Part shown: in pieces, positions 30,798-42,333 of the stretch | Layout: each line of letters begins with the position of its first letter | Numbering within the stretch: position 1 is the first letter of the stretch | From: Myxococcota bacterium | GTDB lineage: Bacteria; Myxococcota_A; UBA796; CAJQPC01 | Assembly (NCBI GenBank): GCA_036229005.1 | Contig: JAZAMN010000030.1 | Span: 32,001 to 96,000 of the forward strand | Direction: 5' to 3' | Length of the DNA stretch: 64,000 nucleotides | Made by a program: the position numbers and the translations under genes | Notes under the pieces: model-generated | Told to the model about the DNA's origin: nothing | Databases searched by the model: none | The model's input: only the letters and a program-made list of their open reading frames with translations

Positions 30798-31286
30798 ATG
30801 GGGCGCAATCGCCGCGCCCCTCCTTCCGCAAAGGCCCGCGCCGTGGACCTCCTCTCCAGGAGGGAACACGGGCGGGCCGAGCTTCTCTGGAAGCTGCTCC
30901 AGAAGGAGCACCCCCGGGGGGAGGCTGAGGCCGCGCTGGATGCCCTGGAGGACCTGGGGCTGCTGAACGATCTGCGCGCCGCGCAAGGTCTGGCCCGCTA
31001 CTACGCCGAGCTGCGGGGCTATGGTCCCCGTCGCCTCCAGCAGGTGCTCACGCGCGAGCGCCGGTTGCCCTCGGACCTGGTGGATCAAGCCATCGAAGCG
31101 CTGGAGCGGGACTTCTCCGAGGCCTGCCTGGACGCCGCCCGACGCAAGGGGCTCAAGGGCAGCGAGCGCAAGGATGAGCAGCGGCTCCTGCGGTATCTGG
31201 TGGGGCGTGGGTACACCCCCTCACAAGCCTATGCCGCCCTGGACATCGTGCGGGCCGAGCGCGCAGACGAGGACACCGGGGCCTGA
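30798..31286 (+). CDS. recX: Regulatory protein RecX
   Basis: AVDLLSRREH, LLNDLR, GYGPRRL, YLVGRGY. Confidence 0.85.
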   Translation: MGRNRRAPPSAKARAVDLLSRREHGRAELLWKLLQKEHPRGEAEAALDALEDLGLLNDLRAAQGLARYYAELRGYGPRRLQQVLTRERRLPSDLVDQAIEALERDFSEACLDAARRKGLKGSERKDEQRLLRYLVGRGYTPSQAYAALDIVRAERADEDTGA

Positions 31287-31291
31287 TCCGC

Positions 31292-31897
31292 TCAGCGGGG
31301 TCGGCGCCCCTTCCTGCCCTTGCCTTTGCGGCGCCCCCGACCTCCCTTGGGCGGCGGCGGGCCCTGTTGACCGCGCGTCTGCTTTGTGGGGGCGGGCACC
31401 CCGGCCTGCTCCTGGCGAACACCCGGCAGCAGGTCCCCGCCGGGGGCCGGATCCAAGGAGAAGGCGCTGCCCGTGGTGAGCAGGTTGCGCGCCAGCACCG
31501 CGAGCACCACCCCCAACAGCGGCAGAATCAGCGCAGCCGGCTGCAGGGTGCTCACCTTACGGTTGTCTACAGACACCGCGAAGGAGAAGGGGTCTTTGTG
31601 GACCACCGGGGCGTCTACGGGGACCTCCATCGGGGGCAGCGCCTGGCGCTCCAGGGGCAGCCCCTTGGTGGTGGAGGCGGGCAGCACCCGCTCCTCGAGC
31701 TGCTGCCCAGGCCGCACGATGAGCACCTTTCGGTCGCCGTCCTCGCTGACCTCCTGGTCCAGCGGGCGCCAGCTCACGGCCTGGCCGTGGTAGCTGTCGA
31801 ACCAGCCGCCCAGGGCCAGGAAGGCCAGGATGGCGATGGGGACTGCGACTGCAATCAGCTTGATGGTGGACCGTAGGCCCGGAGAATGGTCTCGCAT
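31292..31897 (-). CDS. Hypothetical membrane protein
   Basis: Two TM segments and a basic C-terminal tail. Confidence 0.6.
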   Translation of the reverse strand: MRDHSPGLRSTIKLIAVAVPIAILAFLALGGWFDSYHGQAVSWRPLDQEVSEDGDRKVLIVRPGQQLEERVLPASTTKGLPLERQALPPMEVPVDAPVVHKDPFSFAVSVDNRKVSTLQPAALILPLLGVVLAVLARNLLTTGSAFSLDPAPGGDLLPGVRQEQAGVPAPTKQTRGQQGPPPPKGGRGRRKGKGRKGRRPR

Positions 31898-31941
31898 CGG
31901 GATACGCTAACAGGAGGCCACAGCAAGGGAGGCCCGACCTC

Positions 31942-34155
31942 ATGCTCTGGATCCTCGCCCTGATGGCCTGGCTGCTGTCTGCACCGGCCCAGGCGGCCGA
32001 AGAGGCCGAGCCTCGCGCAGAGGAGCAGGAGGAGGCGGAGCGGGACAGGGTGACCTCGGCTGTGGCCGAGAGCCTCTCGGAGTGGTGGCGGGACTGGACG
32101 CTCAAGCGGCAGGCCGGAAAACCCCCGACGGTGCGGGACATCTCCTTCCAGGAAGAGGACATCCCCGTGCGCATGTGGCCCCTCGGGCTGGTCGCCGAGG
32201 GGCAGCGGGCCTGGCGAGGGACCTCCGACGCCAGCATCCGCACCGCGATGGTGCAGCAGGAGAGCCCGCTGTTGACCCTCACGGACGCCCGGCGGGTGCC
32301 GCTGGACACCGAGCTGCTGGTCACCGACGCCTACCGGGTGGAGATCTGGTACGCGCACCAGGGCTACTTCGACGCCGAACTGCTGGGCTGGGAGATCGTC
32401 GAGGTGCGGCCCACCCCGCCCCTCAATGGCCTGCGCCCGGAGCGCCTCAAGCGCGGCGCGGTGGTGGAGGTCGTCGGGCACGTGGACCCCGGCCCCGTGA
32501 GCACCATCGCCACGGTCGAGCGGGTGGGGCTGGAGGACTTCCCGTCGGCGGCGGTCCTGCGCTCCATCGACAGCGACATGGAGGCGCTGCTGGGCGAACC
32601 CTTCAGCCTGGACGCCCCCGAGGCCCTCGCCCGCTCGGCGGTGGAGACCCTCAACAACAGCGGCTTCGCCCGGGCCCGGGCCACCACCCGCATCGTCGCG
32701 GACGCGGACAGCCAGGAGGTCCACGTCACCCTGCTCGTTGAGCCCGGCGAGCTCTGTGTGTTCGGCGAGGTCGAGATCGAGGGGCTCGTGGACGTCCCGC
32801 GCGAGCAGGTCGAAGACCGCATCACCATCCAGGCCGGCCGCAAGTACGACCCCGAGAAGCTCTCCGGCACGCACCAGGCCATCTTCGCCCTCAAGACCTT
32901 CTCCGTCGTCCAGGTCGTCCCGGACCTCAGCGTGGAGGGCAACGTCATCCCCGTGCGGGTCATCGTGACCGAGACGCGCTTTCGGGAGCTGCTGGTCGGT
33001 GGCGGTGGGGCCGCGGGCAACGGCGCCGTGGAGCTCCGCGCGCGCAGCCGCTTCCGCCACACCAACATGTTCGGCAGCATGCTGCAGCTCGATGCGGACC
33101 TGACCGGCGGCTACAAGGCCTACCCCCAGGCGGCCAACACCACCGAGGTGCTCCAGGCGGTCAGCGCCACCCAGGCCGGGCCCTTCGTCCAGTTCGACGC
33201 GGACTTCTACTACCCCCACCTGGCCGGCAACCCCAAGCTCTCCGCTCGCCCGGACGCCTCGGTCGCCTGGGTGCGGGAGCGCAACGCGAGCTACAAGACC
33301 GTCGAGCTCAAGCCGGGCATCACCTGGGCGCCCGCGCGCTCGCTGAGCCTCAGCCCCAGCTACCGCTACAAGACCATCTGGGACCTGGACTACGTCGAGT
33401 CCATCCCCGATGAGATCGACTACCTGGCCTGCCCTGCCGACGCGACCACCGACTGCACCTACACCCTGCAGATGGTGCAGCTCCGGATGATCAGCGACCG
33501 GCGCGAGCCCATCATCCAGCCCACCCAGGGCCACTACGTGGAGCTCACCGTCTCGGGGGCTGGCGCGGGCTTCGCCGGAGACTTCGACTTTGTGCGCAGC
33601 ACCGTGGATCTTCGCAAGTACGGCCAGCTCCGCCTGGGACCCTACGACCGGGTGGTGCTCGCGGGCCGCCTCGCCGGGGGACTGGCCCAGCCCTATGGCT
33701 CCGACCCCGAGCGCGCCCAGGTGCCCGTGCCCGAGCGCTTCCTGCTGGGCGGCGGCACCACCGTGCGCGGCTTCTCCGAGGACCTGCTCGGCCCGCGCTC
33801 CTGCAGCTCCCGCGACACCGGCGAGTCCATCCCCAACTGCCACACCCCCCGCGACCGCAGCGAAGTCATCTTCACGCCCAGCGGCGGCCAGGCCATGGTC
33901 TACGGCAGCCTGGAGGCGCGGGTCCGCATGACCTCCGACTTCGATGTGGTGGTCTTCTCGGACTTCGGCGGCAACTGGGCCACCCTCGACGCGGTCGCCC
34001 TGGACGGCATCCAGCCCACCCTGGGCACGGGCATCCGCTACCTCACCCCCGCCGGGCCCGTGCGCCTGGACTTCGCCGTGCGCCTGCGCGATGACCCCGA
34101 CTACGCCCTGGACTGGCCCTTCGGCGTGCACCTGAGCATCCAGGAGGCCTTCTGA
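31942..34155 (+). CDS. tamA: Omp85 family outer membrane protein (TamA/BamA-like)
   Basis: Signal peptide, POTRA-like repeats (GYFDA), GGGTTVRGF loop, GIRYLTPAGPVRLDFA, C-terminal F. Confidence 0.8.
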   Translation: MLWILALMAWLLSAPAQAAEEAEPRAEEQEEAERDRVTSAVAESLSEWWRDWTLKRQAGKPPTVRDISFQEEDIPVRMWPLGLVAEGQRAWRGTSDASIRTAMVQQESPLLTLTDARRVPLDTELLVTDAYRVEIWYAHQGYFDAELLGWEIVEVRPTPPLNGLRPERLKRGAVVEVVGHVDPGPVSTIATVERVGLEDFPSAAVLRSIDSDMEALLGEPFSLDAPEALARSAVETLNNSGFARARATTRIVADADSQEVHVTLLVEPGELCVFGEVEIEGLVDVPREQVEDRITIQAGRKYDPEKLSGTHQAIFALKTFSVVQVVPDLSVEGNVIPVRVIVTETRFRELLVGGGGAAGNGAVELRARSRFRHTNMFGSMLQLDADLTGGYKAYPQAANTTEVLQAVSATQAGPFVQFDADFYYPHLAGNPKLSARPDASVAWVRERNASYKTVELKPGITWAPARSLSLSPSYRYKTIWDLDYVESIPDEIDYLACPADATTDCTYTLQMVQLRMISDRREPIIQPTQGHYVELTVSGAGAGFAGDFDFVRSTVDLRKYGQLRLGPYDRVVLAGRLAGGLAQPYGSDPERAQVPVPERFLLGGGTTVRGFSEDLLGPRSCSSRDTGESIPNCHTPRDRSEVIFTPSGGQAMVYGSLEARVRMTSDFDVVVFSDFGGNWATLDAVALDGIQPTLGTGIRYLTPAGPVRLDFAVRLRDDPDYALDWPFGVHLSIQEAF

Positions 34156-37100
34156 CTCCCAAGGGCAAGCGCCGACTGAGAGTCGCTGGCGGCACCCTGG
34201 CCCTGCTCGGGGCGCTGGGGGCCGGCGGCGTGATCTGGCTGCGCTCGGAGGCCGGGAACGCCTGGCTCGCGGCCAAGCTGGAGCAGGTCGTCACGAGCAC
34301 CATGGAGGAGGGGGAGCTGCAGGTCGGCGGGGTGCAGACCAACCTCTTCGACCGCGTCGTGATCCGCGACATCGCCCTGGTGGATGGCCAGGGCCGCCCC
34401 GTCATCCAAGCCCCCACTGCGCGTGCGGAGATCTCTTGGGCCGGGCTGCTGCAGGGGAGCGTCACCGTGGAGCGCCTGGTCCTGGACCAGCCCCAGGTCG
34501 ATCTCCAGGTGGATGAGGAGGGGCTGCTGGACCTCTCCCGCATGTTCCCGTCCACCGACGAGCCCTCGCCCCCCTCCGAGCTCCCCATCCGGATCGAGCT
34601 CAGCGAGGTCAGGCTGGATGAGGGCGGCATCCGCTACGACCCGGGCGGGCAGGCCCAGGCCTGGGAGCTGCAGGAGCTCTCGCTGCAGGGCGCCGCGCGC
34701 GGAGAGGGGACCGTCTGGACCCTCCCTGACCTCGCCGCCGCCGGGGTGTTCACAGAGCCGGAGCTGGGCGCATTCACCCTGAGCGGTGGGCTCCGATATG
34801 ACCTCAACGGCGATCTCGACCTCTCCCGAGTGCGCCTGGAGTTGGCCGACTCCCGGGTGGATCTGGGCGGCTCGATCCACGACCTCAGCGGGACCCCCTC
34901 TCTTGAGCTGGCCGTCCGCGCAGACGCTGACCTGGACGCCCTGGAGCCCCTGACCGGGGACCTGGGCCTCAACGGCGCGCTGGGGGCCAAGGCCGACCTG
35001 AACGGCCCCCTGGACGCCCTGGGGGTGGTCGGCGAGATCACGCGGGGGGAGGGGAGCGCCACCGTCGACCTGACCGTGGACACCACCGACCCGGAGATCG
35101 GCTACCAAGGCAGCATCCAGGCCGAGGCCTTCGACCTGGGGCTGGTGGACGCTGTCACCGAGGAGACCGTGCTCACCGGCAGCGCCCAGGTCCAGGGGCG
35201 GGGCGTGTCCTACCCCGACGGCATCGACGCCAGCGGCAGCGTCGCCCTCACCGACTCGGTGGGCTGGGGCTACCCCTTGCCCGGGGTCTCGGCGAGCTTC
35301 ACCTTCCAGGACGGCCAGATCCGCACCAAGGACCTGCTCTACGAGGCCTGGTGGGGGCGCATCGAGGGCCGCGGGCGACTGGGCGAGACCGACCTGGACA
35401 TGGACCTGCTCGCCACCGTCTGGGACGCCCGCGGGCTGGAGGACTTCGGCGCGCCTGGGCTCCGCGGCAGCGCGGTCTTGGACGGCCGGCTGCAGGCCGA
35501 CTGGAGCGTCTCGGACAACACGACCACCGATCTGGTGGGCACCCTGTCGGGGCAGCGGCTGGGCTACGAGAGCTACGTCACCATCGGCGAATACGACGGG
35601 CCCGTCTCCGTGTTCGTGGACGCCGGGGGCGTGCAGGTCTCGGCCAGCGAGGCCACCTTGCGGGAGATCGACGCCTCCGGAGTGACCGTGGCCATCCTGC
35701 AGGGGAGCTGGGAGGCCTTCGTCGACCCCGCCGGGGCGGTGGAGTACGCCGCCGAGCTGGACGGCGCGGTGCTCCAGACCTGGGAGATCCACGCCGACTC
35801 CTTCGGGGGCCACGTCAGCGGACGCACCGAGCCCGACGGGACGACCACCGTCAGCGCCAACCTGGGCATGCAGCGGCCCGGTATCGAGCGCTTCGTGTCC
35901 GATGGAGCCAGCGCCGTGGTGGTCCTGCAGGGGGACGAGGTGATGGTGGATCTGCGGTGCCGCAGCCACGGCGTGGAGGACTGCGCTCTGGTCGGAGGGG
36001 GCGACCTGGCCAGCGGGCGCTTCTCCTTCTCCGTGTTCGAGCTGGGCCCCCGCGACGCCCTCTCCTGGGTCAACGAGGGCCCGCTGCTCTTCACCCTCAC
36101 GCCCACCTACATGGGCGCCACCGACATGGACATCCACCTGCGCTCCATCGCCGGCGAGGTCGATGTGGAGGGGGACCTGGACCTCGAAGGGCACCTGGAT
36201 GCCACCGTCTCCATCCGGCGCCTCATGCTGCCGTGGATGGGGGCCCTCTTCCCCGAGGAGCTGGGCGGCTGGTCCGGCATGGCCGACGCCGAGCTCACTC
36301 TGGGGGGGCAGGCCAGCGATGCCCGGGTTCAGGGGCAGGCCTCGGTGTCCTCGCTGTCGATCCCCGGTCAGGTCTGGGGTCTGAATGGCCGCGTGGCCGT
36401 GGATGGTGGGGACGACCTGCTCAAGCTCAACGCGCGCGTCTCGGACCAGAAGGAGGAGGTGCTGGCTCTGCGCGCATCTCTGCCCATCGCCCTGGATCTC
36501 GCGGCCCCCGAGCCTCTGTTGGACTCGCCGCTCGACGTCGAGGTGCTGCTGCAGGACACCGCCTTCGGCGCAATCCAGACCCTGCTCCCTGGCGTCGGCG
36601 AGCTGCGGGGTGGCTCGGTCGCCGGGCTGGGGCACATCGGCGGCACCTGGCTGGCGCCCACCCTGGACCTTTCCCTGGGCACCGAGATCGCGCCTGGAGA
36701 CCCCGTCGAGTGGGTGCGCATGGACCTGGACGTCACCATGGACGAGCAGGGCCAGATCCGCGTCCGGGGTGGCGGTCACAACCGCGGCGAGCGCCTGCTG
36801 GACATGGGCGGCGGCGCCTCGCTGGACCTGCCCGCCTTCACCGCGTGGATCTTCCAGGACGCCCCCGAGCCGGACATGGGCCACCCGGACCAGTGGCTCT
36901 CCAACCTCTCCCTCTCGCTGGTCCCGCTGCGTGTCCCCATGCGGGCCCTGCGCGGCTTCGCGGAGATCCCCGAGGAGCTGGACGGGCGCGTCACGGGCGC
37001 CATCGCCATCTACGGGGAGCTGGCCGAGCCCCAGGTCAGCGGCGCGCTCCAGCTCACCGAGGCCCGGGTCGGAGACCTCCCCCTGGAGCCCGCCGTCATC

Positions 37101-38702
37101 TCCCTGTCCCCCAGCGGCGAGGGCTACGGTATCAGCGGCCTCTTCGGCTTCCGGCAGGACGAGAGCACCCTGCACACCTTCAACGTCGGCGGCTTCGTGC
37201 CCTTCACCCTGGGCACCGCCGAGGAGTGGAGCGTGGACCGCCAGCTCGCCCGCGAGGGCCTGGCTCTGGAGCTCAGCGGCGACGGCATCCCAGTGGCCGC
37301 CCTCCGCCTGGTCGACCCCGGCATCACCGACCCCTACGGCCTGCTCAACATCTCCGGCACCATCACCGGCTCCCTGGCCAGCCCGGTCCCCGATCTGGAC
37401 GTGCTGCTCCCGGACGGCGGCTTCTCCTACCCGGACATCAACACCCGCTTCAACGCCATGCACATCCGGGCCAAGGTCACCCAGGACGCCGTGGCTCTGC
37501 GCGAGATGCGCTTCTTCTCCCGCCCCCTCAAGGAGGGCCTGATCGCGGACATCAAGATCGGCGAGAAGGCCACCAAGTCGCGGCGCCCCGCCTGCGTCGC
37601 CAAGCAGGGGCTCAAGGAGGGCCAGACCCGCCTGGAGGGGCAGATCGCCCTGGACGGCTTCGCGCTGGGGGCCTTCGATCTGGGCATGTGCAGCTACCAG
37701 GCCATCTACTCCGCGACCGAGGAGTACCTGGTCGACGTCACCACCCAGCTCCAGCTCAGCGACTCCTGGCCCGAGGTCAAGGTCACCGGCAAGGTGCTCG
37801 CCGAGGACCTGCGCCTCAACCTGGACGAGAGCGTCTTCTTTGATGACCTCGGGCTCTCCCTGGATCCCCGCATCGAGCTCGTGCGCCGAGAGACCCAGGT
37901 GGTGCAGATCCAGAAGCCAGCGCCCGAGTTCTGGACCCTCTGGGACGTCGACGTCGAGGTCGACTTCAACCGCGCGACCCGCCTGGACATCGTGGTCCCC
38001 CTCTTTGACGGCTACGACGAGGCCCTCAAGCTGAGCGAGGTGCGCCTGCAGAACGCTGTGCTCGATGGCGTCGTGGACTTCGGCATGCAGCGCGACTTCT
38101 ACGAGGCCACCGGCCTGGTCGAGGTCATCCGCGGCTCCATGGAGCTCATCAACAAGAGCTTCCGCATCGACGAGGGCAGCATCGACTTTGGCGGCGGCGA
38201 CATCGAGAACCCCACCATCGACTTCACCGCCTCCCGCGACGAGGGCAACTACGGCAGCATCAGCGTCGGCGTCACGGGCACCGTCGAGAACCCCGAGCTC
38301 AGCTTCGGCTCGGACTCCGGCTACTCCAACACCGACGTGCTCACCATCCTGCTGCTGGGCATGCCCACCTCCGAGCTCGGCACCGAGAACGGCTCCACCG
38401 CCCAGGCCCTGCTGGGCGCCCAGCTCTCCGGCGTGCTGACCGAGCAGGTCGAGAGCAGCTTCCAGATGGACCTCTTCGACACCCTCCAGGTCAACTCAGG
38501 CGACGCCCTCCTGGACAGCATCGTCGTGGGCAAGAGCCTGGGCCCCAACACCTACGGCGAGCTCAAGTGGAACCTGGCTCCCGACGAGGACGAGTCCGGC
38601 GCGGAGATCACCGTCGAGTTCCTCATCACCCGCAAGCTCGCCCTCGAGCTCAGCCACGACACCGACAACTCGGCCGACCTGCTCTACTCCGTCAAGTTCT
38701 GA
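34152..38702 (+). CDS. tamB: Translocation and assembly module TamB-like protein
   Basis: Long beta-strand-rich protein after tamA. C-terminal TamB-like motifs ([34 protein letters not shown]). N-terminal anchor is encoded upstream of GTG 34230, so a CTG start at 34152 is inferred. Confidence 0.78.
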   Translation: MTPKGKRRLRVAGGTLALLGALGAGGVIWLRSEAGNAWLAAKLEQVVTSTMEEGELQVGGVQTNLFDRVVIRDIALVDGQGRPVIQAPTARAEISWAGLLQGSVTVERLVLDQPQVDLQVDEEGLLDLSRMFPSTDEPSPPSELPIRIELSEVRLDEGGIRYDPGGQAQAWELQELSLQGAARGEGTVWTLPDLAAAGVFTEPELGAFTLSGGLRYDLNGDLDLSRVRLELADSRVDLGGSIHDLSGTPSLELAVRADADLDALEPLTGDLGLNGALGAKADLNGPLDALGVVGEITRGEGSATVDLTVDTTDPEIGYQGSIQAEAFDLGLVDAVTEETVLTGSAQVQGRGVSYPDGIDASGSVALTDSVGWGYPLPGVSASFTFQDGQIRTKDLLYEAWWGRIEGRGRLGETDLDMDLLATVWDARGLEDFGAPGLRGSAVLDGRLQADWSVSDNTTTDLVGTLSGQRLGYESYVTIGEYDGPVSVFVDAGGVQVSASEATLREIDASGVTVAILQGSWEAFVDPAGAVEYAAELDGAVLQTWEIHADSFGGHVSGRTEPDGTTTVSANLGMQRPGIERFVSDGASAVVVLQGDEVMVDLRCRSHGVEDCALVGGGDLASGRFSFSVFELGPRDALSWVNEGPLLFTLTPTYMGATDMDIHLRSIAGEVDVEGDLDLEGHLDATVSIRRLMLPWMGALFPEELGGWSGMADAELTLGGQASDARVQGQASVSSLSIPGQVWGLNGRVAVDGGDDLLKLNARVSDQKEEVLALRASLPIALDLAAPEPLLDSPLDVEVLLQDTAFGAIQTLLPGVGELRGGSVAGLGHIGGTWLAPTLDLSLGTEIAPGDPVEWVRMDLDVTMDEQGQIRVRGGGHNRGERLLDMGGGASLDLPAFTAWIFQDAPEPDMGHPDQWLSNLSLSLVPLRVPMRALRGFAEIPEELDGRVTGAIAIYGELAEPQVSGALQLTEARVGDLPLEPAVISLSPSGEGYGISGLFGFRQDESTLHTFNVGGFVPFTLGTAEEWSVDRQLAREGLALELSGDGIPVAALRLVDPGITDPYGLLNISGTITGSLASPVPDLDVLLPDGGFSYPDINTRFNAMHIRAKVTQDAVALREMRFFSRPLKEGLIADIKIGEKATKSRRPACVAKQGLKEGQTRLEGQIALDGFALGAFDLGMCSYQAIYSATEEYLVDVTTQLQLSDSWPEVKVTGKVLAEDLRLNLDESVFFDDLGLSLDPRIELVRRETQVVQIQKPAPEFWTLWDVDVEVDFNRATRLDIVVPLFDGYDEALKLSEVRLQNAVLDGVVDFGMQRDFYEATGLVEVIRGSMELINKSFRIDEGSIDFGGGDIENPTIDFTASRDEGNYGSISVGVTGTVENPELSFGSDSGYSNTDVLTILLLGMPTSELGTENGSTAQALLGAQLSGVLTEQVESSFQMDLFDTLQVNSGDALLDSIVVGKSLGPNTYGELKWNLAPDEDESGAEITVEFLITRKLALELSHDTDNSADLLYSVKF

Positions 38703-39589
38703 GGAGGAGCGGGCTCTGGGGTGTCCTTCACCCGCAGGAACACCGCCAGGGGCAGGGTCAGCGCAGCCACACCCGCTGCAACCAGTCCCACCGGCGAGGA
38801 CACCAGATCTTCGACCCCCGGGAGGACCAGCAGGGAGATCGTGGCCAACCCGTTGAACACCCCGTGCATCACGGCGGCCCCCAGGATGGAGCCCGTGCGC
38901 TCGCGGATCCAGGTGAACAGGGGGCTTGTGACCATGCCCCAGAGCGCCATCACGCCGACGCCCAGCGTGGGGTTGTCGGGGAAGTTGTAGCCCTGCAGCA
39001 CCACCGGCGCGTGCCACAGCCCCCACATCGCGCCCACCAGCAGGCTGGAGGGCCAGAAGCCCAGGGGGCGCAGGTGTCGGTGCAGGAAGCCACGCCAGCC
39101 CATCTCTTCGCCCGCGGCGAAGAAGGCGTTGATGGTCGCGCCGCCCAGCACCCCCTGGAACACCGCCATCGGGAGCAGCAGGCCGCCGAGCTTCTCCACC
39201 TCGGCCATCATCTCGGCGCGGTCCTCTTCGGGGAGCTGTGCCGCCATCTGGTCCAGGAAGGCCGTGCCGCTCAGGTCCAGCTCCACGCCGGGGACCAGCG
39301 TGGCCGCCAGCGCCGTGCCCAGCACCCAGACCACGGGCAGCACCAGGGCGGCGAGCAGCCAGAGGTTGAACTGGATGTCCAGCCCCAGCGCCTTCTTGAG
39401 GGGCGCCTTGTCGCGGAAGTGGTTCACCGCGAGGGCAGCCACCGTCGGGGTGAACATCATCACCAGCAGCATCAGGGTCGCCTCGGCGCCCTCCTTGCCG
39501 GCGCGGCCCCACAACAAGGCGCAGGCCCCGGCCAGGGTGAGCGAGATGCCGTAGAAGGCAGCGACAGAGATCCAGTCCACGCGACGCAT
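38684..39589 (-). CDS. CPBP family intramembrane metalloprotease (CAAX/Abi)
   Basis: [26 protein letters not shown]. Confidence 0.9.
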   Translation of the reverse strand: MRRVDWISVAAFYGISLTLAGACALLWGRAGKEGAEATLMLLVMMFTPTVAALAVNHFRDKAPLKKALGLDIQFNLWLLAALVLPVVWVLGTALAATLVPGVELDLSGTAFLDQMAAQLPEEDRAEMMAEVEKLGGLLLPMAVFQGVLGGATINAFFAAGEEMGWRGFLHRHLRPLGFWPSSLLVGAMWGLWHAPVVLQGYNFPDNPTLGVGVMALWGMVTSPLFTWIRERTGSILGAAVMHGVFNGLATISLLVLPGVEDLVSSPVGLVAAGVAALTLPLAVFLRVKDTPEPAPPQNLTE

Positions 39590-39631
39590 GGGGGGGCTTT
39601 AGCCTATTGCCTGCAGCCAGGGAGCCTCCCC

Positions 39632-40273
39632 ATGTTCTTCCGTCGTCCCGCGCCCGTCATGCCCACCGCCGACCAGGCCCTTCCCGGTCGCCACACCCCC
39701 ATCGTGCCGCCCGAGCGCCACGCCGTCCTGGGCACCCCGCTGTCGGGCCCTTGGCCGGGCAAGCATGTCCTCGCCGTCGGCATGGGCTGCTTCTGGGGAG
39801 CGGAGCGCAAGTTCTGGCAGTCCGGCGGTGTGCACACGACCGCCGTGGGCTACGGCGCCGGCTTCACCCCCAACCCCACCTACAAGGAGGTCTGCACCGG
39901 CCGCACCGGACACAACGAGCTCGTGCTCGTGGTCTTCGACCCTGAGCAGACCAGCCTCCAGGCCCTGCTCCAGGTCTTCTGGGAGAACCACGACCCCACC
40001 CAGGGCATGCGTCAGGGCAACGACGTCGGCACCCAGTACCGCTCCGGTCTGTACTACACCACGCCCGAGCAGAAGTCTGTGATGGATGCCAGCCTGGCGG
40101 CCTACCAGCAGCGGCTGACGGCGGCTGGGCTTGGGGAGATCACGACGGAGGTGCTGGAGTTGGGGGCGTTTTACTATGCGGAGGAGTATCACCAGCAGTA
40201 TCTCCACAAGAACCCGAATGGGTACTGTGGGATTGGGGGGACGGGGGTTTCTTGTCCGATCGGCGTTCTCTGA
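39632..40273 (+). CDS. msrA: Peptide-methionine (S)-S-oxide reductase
   Basis: [41 protein letters not shown]. Confidence 0.96.
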   Translation: MFFRRPAPVMPTADQALPGRHTPIVPPERHAVLGTPLSGPWPGKHVLAVGMGCFWGAERKFWQSGGVHTTAVGYGAGFTPNPTYKEVCTGRTGHNELVLVVFDPEQTSLQALLQVFWENHDPTQGMRQGNDVGTQYRSGLYYTTPEQKSVMDASLAAYQQRLTAAGLGEITTEVLELGAFYYAEEYHQQYLHKNPNGYCGIGGTGVSCPIGVL

Positions 40274-40630
40274 GAGGCGCTAAGTGTGCAAGGATTTTGG
40301 CCTGGAGTGACCTGTAAGGGCTTAGAATTCGGTTCACGCTCTTGTGCACTTAGGGCTGTACTGCCTTGGGAACGACGGAGGCAGTAGGGTGGCAGTGCGC
40401 GACCACAGCAGGCCCGAACCGGTGGTCCTGGAGGTCGGGGGCAAGACCATGGCCACCGCCTACGCCCGGCGCCCTCCGGGCAACCGAGCGGGGACCGAGC
40501 ACTGGGCTTGGGTCGTCCACTACATCGACGCGGCGTCGGGGACGGCCGTCCAGCGCTCCATGGGGCGCATCGCACCCGAGATGGTCGGGATGGTGCTCGC
40601 TGAGTTCTACCAGGGCATCAACAAGTGCTG

Positions 40631-40777
40631 ATTGAAGTTCCTTGGGTCCATGGACGGTACGTTAACGTCGGGAATCCGAATGGCCGTCCTGACATCAATG
40701 TTCCTACGAACGTCTTCAAGATTCAGGGTCTGAGGCCGCCAAAACCGGTCCCCGTGAATCCTGAAAAGGGGAATTGA
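40631..40777 (+). pseudogene. Toxin C-terminal tip remnant
   Basis: Startless frame IEVPWVHGRYVNVGNPNGRPDINVPTNVFKIQGLRPPKPVPVNPEKGN*. Lower GC; ends 2 nt before an immunity-like gene. Confidence 0.4.
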
Positions 40778-40779
40778 CA

Positions 40780-41079
40780 ATGCCTCTCAACTACGACCTG
40801 CTTCGTCTGTCCGCGCAACGTGCGCTGCTGTACAACGTACCGCGATCTCTCCGTAACTTGTCGATGGCCGTTGAGGATGACGCTCTGCTCCTTCGTGCCT
40901 ACATGACTCACGACCCAAGTGGGGATGAGAAGGATTTGCTCTATGAAGTCTCCAGCGAGATTGCTGGGGACTTCGTCGAACTTCTGGATTCCAAGAGCCG
41001 GACACAGTTTGTCGTGGACAACGGGCCGATAGACGGTTTACCTACGCTTCGCTGGGTAGTCTTCTCGCTCGCAGAGTAG
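40780..41079 (+). CDS. Putative immunity protein
   Basis: LRLSAQRALL...LR...EIAGDF pattern recalled from small genes behind RHS/CDI toxins. Lower GC. Confidence 0.55.
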   Translation: MPLNYDLLRLSAQRALLYNVPRSLRNLSMAVEDDALLLRAYMTHDPSGDEKDLLYEVSSEIAGDFVELLDSKSRTQFVVDNGPIDGLPTLRWVVFSLAE

Positions 41080-41200
41080 GTTGCTCTCTATTGGCCGTAA
41101 CCCCTCGTCCTCCTCTCGTATCACGCGTCAAGGTGGCGCCTTGCGGGGCCCCCCGGGCTCGCGGTCGGCTCGAGTCTCGGTCTGCTGCCAGGGATGGAGG

Positions 41201-41357
41201 TGGACTGAACCCGCTTTCGTGAACACAGCCGAACGTGCGGTTCAGGACCTACCCCCCTGAATACAAGGAGAAGCTCGTTGAGCCGTTCCGCTTCGGCGAG
41301 TCCGCGGAGAGCCTGTCGAAGGCCTTGGGTGGTCAGCTACAGGTGAGTCGCGCCTGA
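41201..41357 (+). mobile_element. IS3-family left-end remnant
   Basis: IR-like TGGACTGAACCCGCTTTCGTGAACAC followed by an OrfA-like fragment TYPPEYKEKLVEPFRFGESAESLSKALG (41235-41357). Confidence 0.55.
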
Positions 41358-41392
41358 TCTGGGAAATCGCTCTAAGTTATCACAGTGATCTA

Positions 41393-41878
41393 CTACTCTC
41401 CGAGCCAAGACTGTCGCCACCGCTGCCAGCGCTCTGCGACCTCGGCGCCGTTGAGTGACAGTACAACCTGCCCCTCCAGCGTGCCCCACAATTCACCGGA
41501 GTCGGTTGCAATCACAGTCATGTAGTACTCTCTCAGTTCCGGAGCTGTTTGTTGCAGTCGTTGGAGGCCCTCCATCAGCGCGTTGCAGGCTCGTGTGGCG
41601 CGCTTCTTGTACCCACCCGGTGCCTCTGGCCCGAATGCCTTCTCGAGGTCAATGCTGGCTTGATCGAACCCAGGGGGATCCAACTCCAGGTCCCAGTCTA
41701 CTGGCATCCAGAGCAGATCCGGGTCGTTGGAGTGCTGCAACAGGTAGGACCTGGACAGTGCCATCGCGTGAAGCGTCTGGATGTCAGTGTCGGTGACCAG
41801 TGCGAGGCCTACGATGGGATGAGGAAGGCTGCTGACCACCTGGGACAGCGCTACATCGACCGAATCTTGAATGCGCAC
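41393..41878 (-). CDS. DUF4303-like putative immunity protein
   Basis: ALVTDTDIQTL and LWMPVDWD. Paralog of 45449-45877. GGAGG RBS. Confidence 0.55.
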   Translation of the reverse strand: MRIQDSVDVALSQVVSSLPHPIVGLALVTDTDIQTLHAMALSRSYLLQHSNDPDLLWMPVDWDLELDPPGFDQASIDLEKAFGPEAPGGYKKRATRACNALMEGLQRLQQTAPELREYYMTVIATDSGELWGTLEGQVVLSLNGAEVAERWQRWRQSWLGE

Positions 41879-41902
41879 AAGAGACCTCCGTGTCGCAGAG
41901 TA

Positions 41903-41989
41903 TCAGGCTGTGGAGAACAATGTGACGATGTCTGCGGGTGTGGTCGATGCGGAGTGCACACCGTCTGCCGAATAGCCTTTGTCATACAC
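41903..41989 (-). pseudogene. 3' fragment (third copy) of the 121-aa immunity gene
   Basis: VYDKGYSADGVHSASTTPADIVTLFSTA* versus YYDEGYSADGVLSASTAAADIVKLFSTA*. Confidence 0.85.
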
Positions 41990-42024
41990 CTTCGAGTGGC
42001 TGGAAGGGCCAAGCTTGGGCACGT

Positions 42025-42333
42025 TCAAGTCTGGAAGATCTCGTCGATCTGTATGTAGATCAAGGGCAGGAGCTCATCCAGATCTGCGGGCAGGAGGCCC
42101 TTCTGGCGAAGTGCAGCTGCGCAGCCTTCCAGGTGGAACGACAAGGCGTGCAGCGCGCCGGCGAGGTCCCTCTCCAGAACTGTGGCGCCCTCCAGCTCCT
42201 CTGTCAGATGCTCCAGGTCCTCCTGGAGTCGCAGGAAGCGCTCCTGGGGCACAGGAGTGGCCATTCGGAGGGAGACGAGGAGGCCATCGGGGTGTTGGCT
42301 CTCGAACTGGATGCGTTGGCGGGGCGTGTTCAT
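42025..42333 (-). CDS. Putative immunity protein of the orphan ART-like tip
   Basis: MNTPRQRIQFESQHPDGLLVSLR... small helical protein right behind an orphan toxin tip. Fragments recur at ~43066-43136 and ~45290-45395. Confidence 0.55.
   Translation of the reverse strand: MNTPRQRIQFESQHPDGLLVSLRMATPVPQERFLRLQEDLEHLTEELEGATVLERDLAGALHALSFHLEGCAAALRQKGLLPADLDELLPLIYIQIDEIFQT

Noticed and set aside
31855..37463. 758- and 1120-aa minus-strand ORFs
   Set aside because: Antisense to tamA and tamB.
40276..40356. Integron attC site
   Set aside because: Ends are CTAAG and CTTAG rather than RYYYAAC and GTTRRRY, and there is no integron integrase.
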